Assembly (NCBI GenBank): GCA_965226495.1
Contig: OZ245365.1
Location: forward strand, 2,240,001 to 2,304,000
Direction of reading: 5' to 3'
Origin: Candidatus Marinacidobacterales bacterium
GTDB lineage: Bacteria; Acidobacteriota; Vicinamibacteria; Marinacidobacterales; DATDRI01
DNA length: 64,000 nucleotides
Part shown: positions 59,573 through 64,000 of the stretch, one piece after another
Position numbering within the stretch: position 1 is the stretch's first letter
Layout: every line of letters begins with the position of its first letter
The notes under the pieces: generated by a model
Seen by the model: the letters and a program-made list of their open reading frames with translations, nothing else
Database searches by the model: none
What the model was told of the DNA's origin: nothing
Program-made: the position numbers and the translations under genes

Positions 59573-60254
59573 GTGCGTTTCGTGCCCCACGCTATTAGAA
59601 GGCTGCCTTTAGTCTGCTTTCTGCTGCTCGCCGTCTACCTCCTAGCGCCAGCTACCCTCTCCGCCCAGACCTTCTCCGGCAAGGTTGTCGGAATCTCGGA
59701 CGGCGACACTATTAAGGTCCTCCGGGACGGCATAGAAACCAAGATCCGCATGGAAGGCATCGACTGCCCGGAATCGGGCGAGCCCTTCTCCGCCAAGGCC
59801 AAGAAGTTCACATCCAGTTTGGTCTATGGAAAGACCGTCACCATCCGGGTCAAAGAGACGGATCGGTATGGTCGCCTCGGGAAGAGTCATTGCCGACGGC
59901 CAGGATGTCTCAATCGCACTCGTCCAAGCGGGCCTCGCTTGGCACTACACCAAGTACTCCTCCGACCCGGCCCTCGCCCAAGCGGAGAAGACTGCCCGCG
60001 CCGCCGAAATCGGCATCTGGTCCCTTCCGAATCCCGCGCCCCCTTGGGAGCTAAGGGCCCAAGCGGTGGCATCGCAATCAGCGGTTAGTCAGTCAGAGCA
60101 ATCCGGAACCGTCTACCGGGGCAACCGAAACAGCCACGTGTTCCACGCTCCCTCGTGTCGCTACTACAGTTGTAAAAACTGCACGGCCATCTTTAATTCG
60201 AGAGAAGACGCAATCAAAGCCGGCTATCGACCCGGCGGCCACTGCAAGCCTTAG
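59573..60254 (+). pseudogene. Secreted thermonuclease (SNase) with a C-terminal Ada-type Cys metal-binding domain, frameshifted near 59879
   Basis: VVGISDGDT, RMEGIDCPE, DRYGRL / frame change / GRVIADG...LVQAGLAWHY, GIWS, PPWE, GNRNSHVFHAPSC...AGYRP. Confidence 0.88.
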
Positions 60255-60258
60255 CCGG

Positions 60259-60405
60259 ATAGTTGGTGCCGGACTCGTTGCCATCCTGGTCGTGGTGATC
60301 GCCGGTCTTTTTACCGGTGACGTGCGGGACTGGATCGCCGGAAGAAACGACTCCCCTCGAATTGAAACGATTGCTGTTTTGTCCCTCGGCTACCGCGTTC
60401 GTTAG
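60259..60405 (+). pseudogene. Relic of a TM plus TolB-N-like (IAVLP-type) segment from a kinase/TPR signalling protein
   Basis: IVGAGLVAILVVVIAGL...DWIAG...PRIETIAVLSL with no start codon. Confidence 0.6.
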
Positions 60406-60455
60406 TCCGGAGAAGATCGGCTAGGATGTCTTGAGAACCGCCGAGACCCTTTGCC

Positions 60456-61853
60456 ATGAGAACTCATAAAGCCGTACACGTCTTCGAAGTTGGAGGACTC
60501 CCGCAGCACACATACGTCGCAAGGCATGAGTTCGATCTTGAGTCAAGGTTGGCGATGGTAACTGACAACATGTGCAAACTGGCCGTCGTATCCGGCCCCA
60601 CGAAATCGGGGAAGACGGTGCTGTCGAGAAAAGTCCTTCCCAAGGAAAAAGCTGTTTGGTTGGATGCTGGTGGCATCGACAATGACAACCAACTTTGGAC
60701 AGAAGTCGTGAACGAGCTTGAGGGCGCTACGTCTGTCGAGGAGACTTTAGAATCACGCTCTGACACGACTGTAACAGGATCCGTCGAGGCGGAGGCGAAA
60801 GTCCCGCTACTGATTAGCGGTACGGGCGCTGTATCCACCGAACGCCAGAGATCCCGTGGAACCGGCACTCGGAAGAGTCGGTCCCGCTCTGTTAAGGCGG
60901 CGGCGCTGGCAGCTCTCAGGGAGTCCCGGCGACCACTTGTGATTGACGACTTTCATTGCCTAGGCGCATCGGACCAGGCCGCTATAGTAAGAGCTTTGAA
61001 ACCCCTTGTTTTCGACGGCCAACCAGTAGTAATCCTTACCATACCGCATCGTCGCTTTGACGCCGTAAAGCTTGAGCGTGAAATGACAGGGCGCGTTGAG
61101 GTCATTGAGATTCCGCCCTGGACACCTACAGAACTCAATCGCATTCCACAGATGGGATTCGAGCTATTGAACGCGAATGTAGATGATTCCCTGATGCGAT
61201 TTTTTGCTGCTGAAGCTCTCGGAAGTCCGCACCTCATGCAAGATTTTTGCTTCAGGCTTTGTTTGACTTGCGGCCTACCGGAAACCGCTCAAGAGAATGT
61301 GAGCTTGCGGCTGTCGAATGCCGACACCGAGCTGCTGCTAAACCGAATTGCAAGTGGTGCCAACAGTGCAGTGTTTGATCGGCTGGCTAGGGCCTACCGT
61401 CAAGAGAATGTGAGCTTGCGGCTGTCGAATGCCGACACCGAGCTGCTGCTAAACCGAATTGCAAGTGGTGCCAACAGTGCAGTGTTTGATCGGCTGGCTA
61501 GGGGGCCGCGACGACGCTCCGCTCGAAAACAGCGCCAACTTGTGGATGGTTCGCAAGATGATATCTACGGAATATTACTTCGAGCAATCGCCGAACTCGG
61601 TCCGGGCGTAGAAAGCCTCGCATACGAGGAGATTCGGGACTCAGTGAGAGAAATATTGGACTATGGTGAGCCTACGCCAAGATCTCATGAGATATCTAGA
61701 GTCCTAAACCATATGACTGAGATAGCGATCCAAGATGGAGCACGAGTACCCGTCATAGAATGGGATGCAAAAGATCATCAGCTTCACATTTCTGACCCGT
61801 TCTTTGCGTTTTGCCTGAAGTGGGGCCCTTACGCTGCTCGCATTGCTACGTAA
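60456..61853 (+). CDS. P-loop ATPase, AAA+/STAND-like, with a probable C-terminal winged helix
   Basis: Walker A SGPTKSGKT, Walker B LVIDDFH, GSPHLMQ (GxP), C-terminal ISDPFFAF. Confidence 0.85.
   Translation: MRTHKAVHVFEVGGLPQHTYVARHEFDLESRLAMVTDNMCKLAVVSGPTKSGKTVLSRKVLPKEKAVWLDAGGIDNDNQLWTEVVNELEGATSVEETLESRSDTTVTGSVEAEAKVPLLISGTGAVSTERQRSRGTGTRKSRSRSVKAAALAALRESRRPLVIDDFHCLGASDQAAIVRALKPLVFDGQPVVILTIPHRRFDAVKLEREMTGRVEVIEIPPWTPTELNRIPQMGFELLNANVDDSLMRFFAAEALGSPHLMQDFCFRLCLTCGLPETAQENVSLRLSNADTELLLNRIASGANSAVFDRLARAYRQENVSLRLSNADTELLLNRIASGANSAVFDRLARGPRRRSARKQRQLVDGSQDDIYGILLRAIAELGPGVESLAYEEIRDSVREILDYGEPTPRSHEISRVLNHMTEIAIQDGARVPVIEWDAKDHQLHISDPFFAFCLKWGPYAARIAT
61289..61503 (+). repeat. 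Tandem duplication inside the ATPase (104 bp identical, 111-bp period)
   Basis: 61289-61392 equals 61400-61503; QENVSL...DRLAR occurs twice. Confidence 0.95.
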
Positions 61854-62198
61854 GCTCGTAGGCCCTCCCTGTTCGACAACGGCGTTTATGTGAACCCTTT
61901 GCGCCAAGAGGATCGGTCTTGATTACGAGCTCTTCAAGCCTCCGGAACCTTCCCACCGAGAAAAGCCCACGCCTCAATAGATGCTTCCCCTGCAAGCTCG
62001 TCCGATGCTTGAATCATTAAGAGAGCCTCCAGCACTATCTTCGCACTCCACACTGAAAGCAATATGCCTCTCTAAAGATAGTGACTCTTCCCCGTCGATG
62101 TACTGGTAGAACTCCTCCATCGCCGGGTGATCCTCTGGCCGCTACGGCGTTGACTTTTCAGCCTGTAGAGGGCTATTTTCATGCTCAAAGGGCTAGCC

Positions 62199-64000
62199 AT
62201 GTCATTAACCCCCGGCACGAAGCTGGGTCCCTATGAAATCCTGGCACCTCTAGGTGCAGGTGGCATGGGTGAGGTCTACAAAGCCAAAGACACCCGGCTC
62301 GACCGCACGGTCGCCATCAAAGTCCTCCCCGCTCACGTCGCCAGCCATCCGGAAGTCCGCCAGAGATTCGAGCGAGAAGCTCGCGCCGTCTCGAGCCTGA
62401 ACCACCCGCACATCTGCACGCTTTTCGACATCGGCAGCGAGAATGGCATCGACTTCATGGTCATGGAGCACATCGAGGGAGATACGCTCGCCGATCGATT
62501 GAAGAAAGGCGCACTGCCCCTCGACCAGGCACTGCAGTACGGAATCGAGATCGCCGACGCTCTCGACAAAGCTCACCGTCAAGGCGTGGTGCATCGGGAT
62601 CTGAAGCCCGGGAACATCATGCTCACGAAGACCGGAGCAAAGCTTCTCGATTTTGGGCTTGCGAAGATGACGGCGGCGGAAACGAATGCCGGCGGTTTGT
62701 CGGCGTTGCCCACTGAAGCGCAGCCGCTCACGAAAGAAGGTTCGATACTCGGCACTTTCCAGTACATGGCCCCGGAGCAACTCGAAGGCAACGAAGCCGA
62801 CGCCCGCTCCGACATCTTCGCTTTCGGTTCCGTGCTCTACGAGATGGTGACCGGCAAGCGAGCGTTCGAGGGAAAGAGTCAGGCGAGCCTCATCGCAGCC
62901 ATTCTAGAGCACGAGCCCCCGGCGATGTCCACGCTCCAAACGATGACGCCGCCTGTTCTGGATCACGTGGTCCGGAGGTGCTTGGCGAAGGATCCCGACG
63001 AACGCTGGCAAACGGCGCACGATCTCACGGCCGAATTGAATTGGATCGTCGAGGCTGGCTCGCAGCCCGGTGTTACCTCACCGCTCGTTCCTGGGCGGCG
63101 AGTGTCTCGACGGCTGGCAGCAGGGATTCTTGGCTTTCTCCTCGGAAGTGTTTTCGTCTGGAACCTAAAGCCCGGTGCACCAACCGCCGGTTCTGTCACG
63201 CGTCTGCGCATGGGGTTGCAGCCTGCCGAGGAAATCGGCGGCTTCTTTTTGGAAACCGTATTGGCCGGATGGCGCCCGACTCGCACCGCGGTGGCTTTTT
63301 CGCCCGACGGCCGACACCTCGTTTACCGTGGTGGGGCGGGTGAGACCTGGCAGCTTTACCTACGCCCCATGGATCAGGCTGAAGCTTCACCCATGCCTGG
63401 TACCGAAGGCGCCGTCGGCCCGTTCTTCTCGCCTGACGGTCAATGGGTGGGCTTCTGGGCCAACGGCGAGCTCCGAAAGGTCCGGCTGACGGGTGGGCCC
63501 TCGGCGGCCGTGTGCGAGACACCCCTCCTGTTCGGTGCGAGTTGGGGCGAGGAGAACACGATTGTCTTTGCTCAATATACTGGGGGCCTTTGGTCTGTCT
63601 CGGCAGATGGTGGTACGCCCAAGGAACTGACTACTTTGAGGGAGGGCGAAGTGAGCCACCGCCTCCCGGAGGTCCTGCCTGGCGCCAAGGCCGTGATTTT
63701 CACTGTCAGCAAGCGTTCTTTTGAGTGGAAAGATGCGGAGATCGCAATGCAGGACTTGGCGACGGGTGAACGGAGGGTTCTTGTCGCAGAGGCTGCGGAC
63801 GCTCGGTACGTTCGCACCGGGCATCTATTGTATGCCCGATTAGGAACCCTGATGGCCGTGCCGTTTGATCTCGAACGTCTGGAGGTGACGGGCGGTTCGC
63901 TTCCGGTCATCGAAGGTGTGATGCAGGCGGTATACGCCGGCCATTCTGCGATCGACACAGGCGCCGCGCAGTTTAGTGTGTCCGGCGCCGGATCACTAGT
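62199..64000 (+). CDS. Hanks-type Ser/Thr protein kinase with TM and TolB/PD40-like propeller; runs off the window
   Basis: Translated by hand because it is absent from the ORF track: MSLTPGTKLGPYEILAPLGAGGMGEVY, VAIK, HRDLKPGN, DFGLAK, YMAPE, DIFAFG, then FSPDG repeats. Confidence 0.96.
   Translation, partial: MSLTPGTKLGPYEILAPLGAGGMGEVYKAKDTRLDRTVAIKVLPAHVASHPEVRQRFEREARAVSSLNHPHICTLFDIGSENGIDFMVMEHIEGDTLADRLKKGALPLDQALQYGIEIADALDKAHRQGVVHRDLKPGNIMLTKTGAKLLDFGLAKMTAAETNAGGLSALPTEAQPLTKEGSILGTFQYMAPEQLEGNEADARSDIFAFGSVLYEMVTGKRAFEGKSQASLIAAILEHEPPAMSTLQTMTPPVLDHVVRRCLAKDPDERWQTAHDLTAELNWIVEAGSQPGVTSPLVPGRRVSRRLAAGILGFLLGSVFVWNLKPGAPTAGSVTRLRMGLQPAEEIGGFFLETVLAGWRPTRTAVAFSPDGRHLVYRGGAGETWQLYLRPMDQAEASPMPGTEGAVGPFFSPDGQWVGFWANGELRKVRLTGGPSAAVCETPLLFGASWGEENTIVFAQYTGGLWSVSADGGTPKELTTLREGEVSHRLPEVLPGAKAVIFTVSKRSFEWKDAEIAMQDLATGERRVLVAEAADARYVRTGHLLYARLGTLMAVPFDLERLEVTGGSLPVIEGVMQAVYAGHSAIDTGAAQFSVSGAGSL

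Noticed and set aside
61970-62125. About 48-codon minus-strand ORF (MEEFYQYIDG...)
   Set aside because: Short, no convincing RBS or motif; cannot be supported

Overview
A GC-rich bacterial chromosomal segment. The gene inventory (sulfatase-TPR fusion, Hanks kinase with a TolB-like propeller, secreted S9 peptidase, amidohydrolases) suggests Acidobacteriota, which is inference only. Left to right it holds: an EgtB/SenA-like gene running off the left edge and missed by the ORF track; an S9 peptidase and a D-aminoacylase; REP-like repeats; an envelope polysaccharide block (GT2, GT4, ugd, galE, GT2, MsbA-like); yicC-gmk-coaBC-udg-priA with no rpoZ; an accessory catabolic region (ICL/PEP mutase family, NSS transporter, panB, TauD, VapBC, three tandem lipoprotein amidohydrolases plus a putative beta-barrel and several gene scars); HU/M50, der, IHF/MerR, two tRNA-Pro, surE; a glycogen cluster (glgA, glgC, glgP, malQ, GH57, glgB); acyP, apt, an EDR1/transglutaminase-like gene and tRNA-Arg(CCT). 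After that tRNA lies an island-like stretch with a divergent proteasome-beta-like Ntn protein, a frameshifted secreted nuclease and an AAA+/STAND-like ATPase carrying an internal duplication, then a Ser/Thr kinase running off the right edge. The best candidates for undescribed biology are the post-tRNA-Arg Ntn/ATPase island, the EDR1-like gene pair and the mosaic amidohydrolase array. All calls come from reading motifs by eye. No database search was run.
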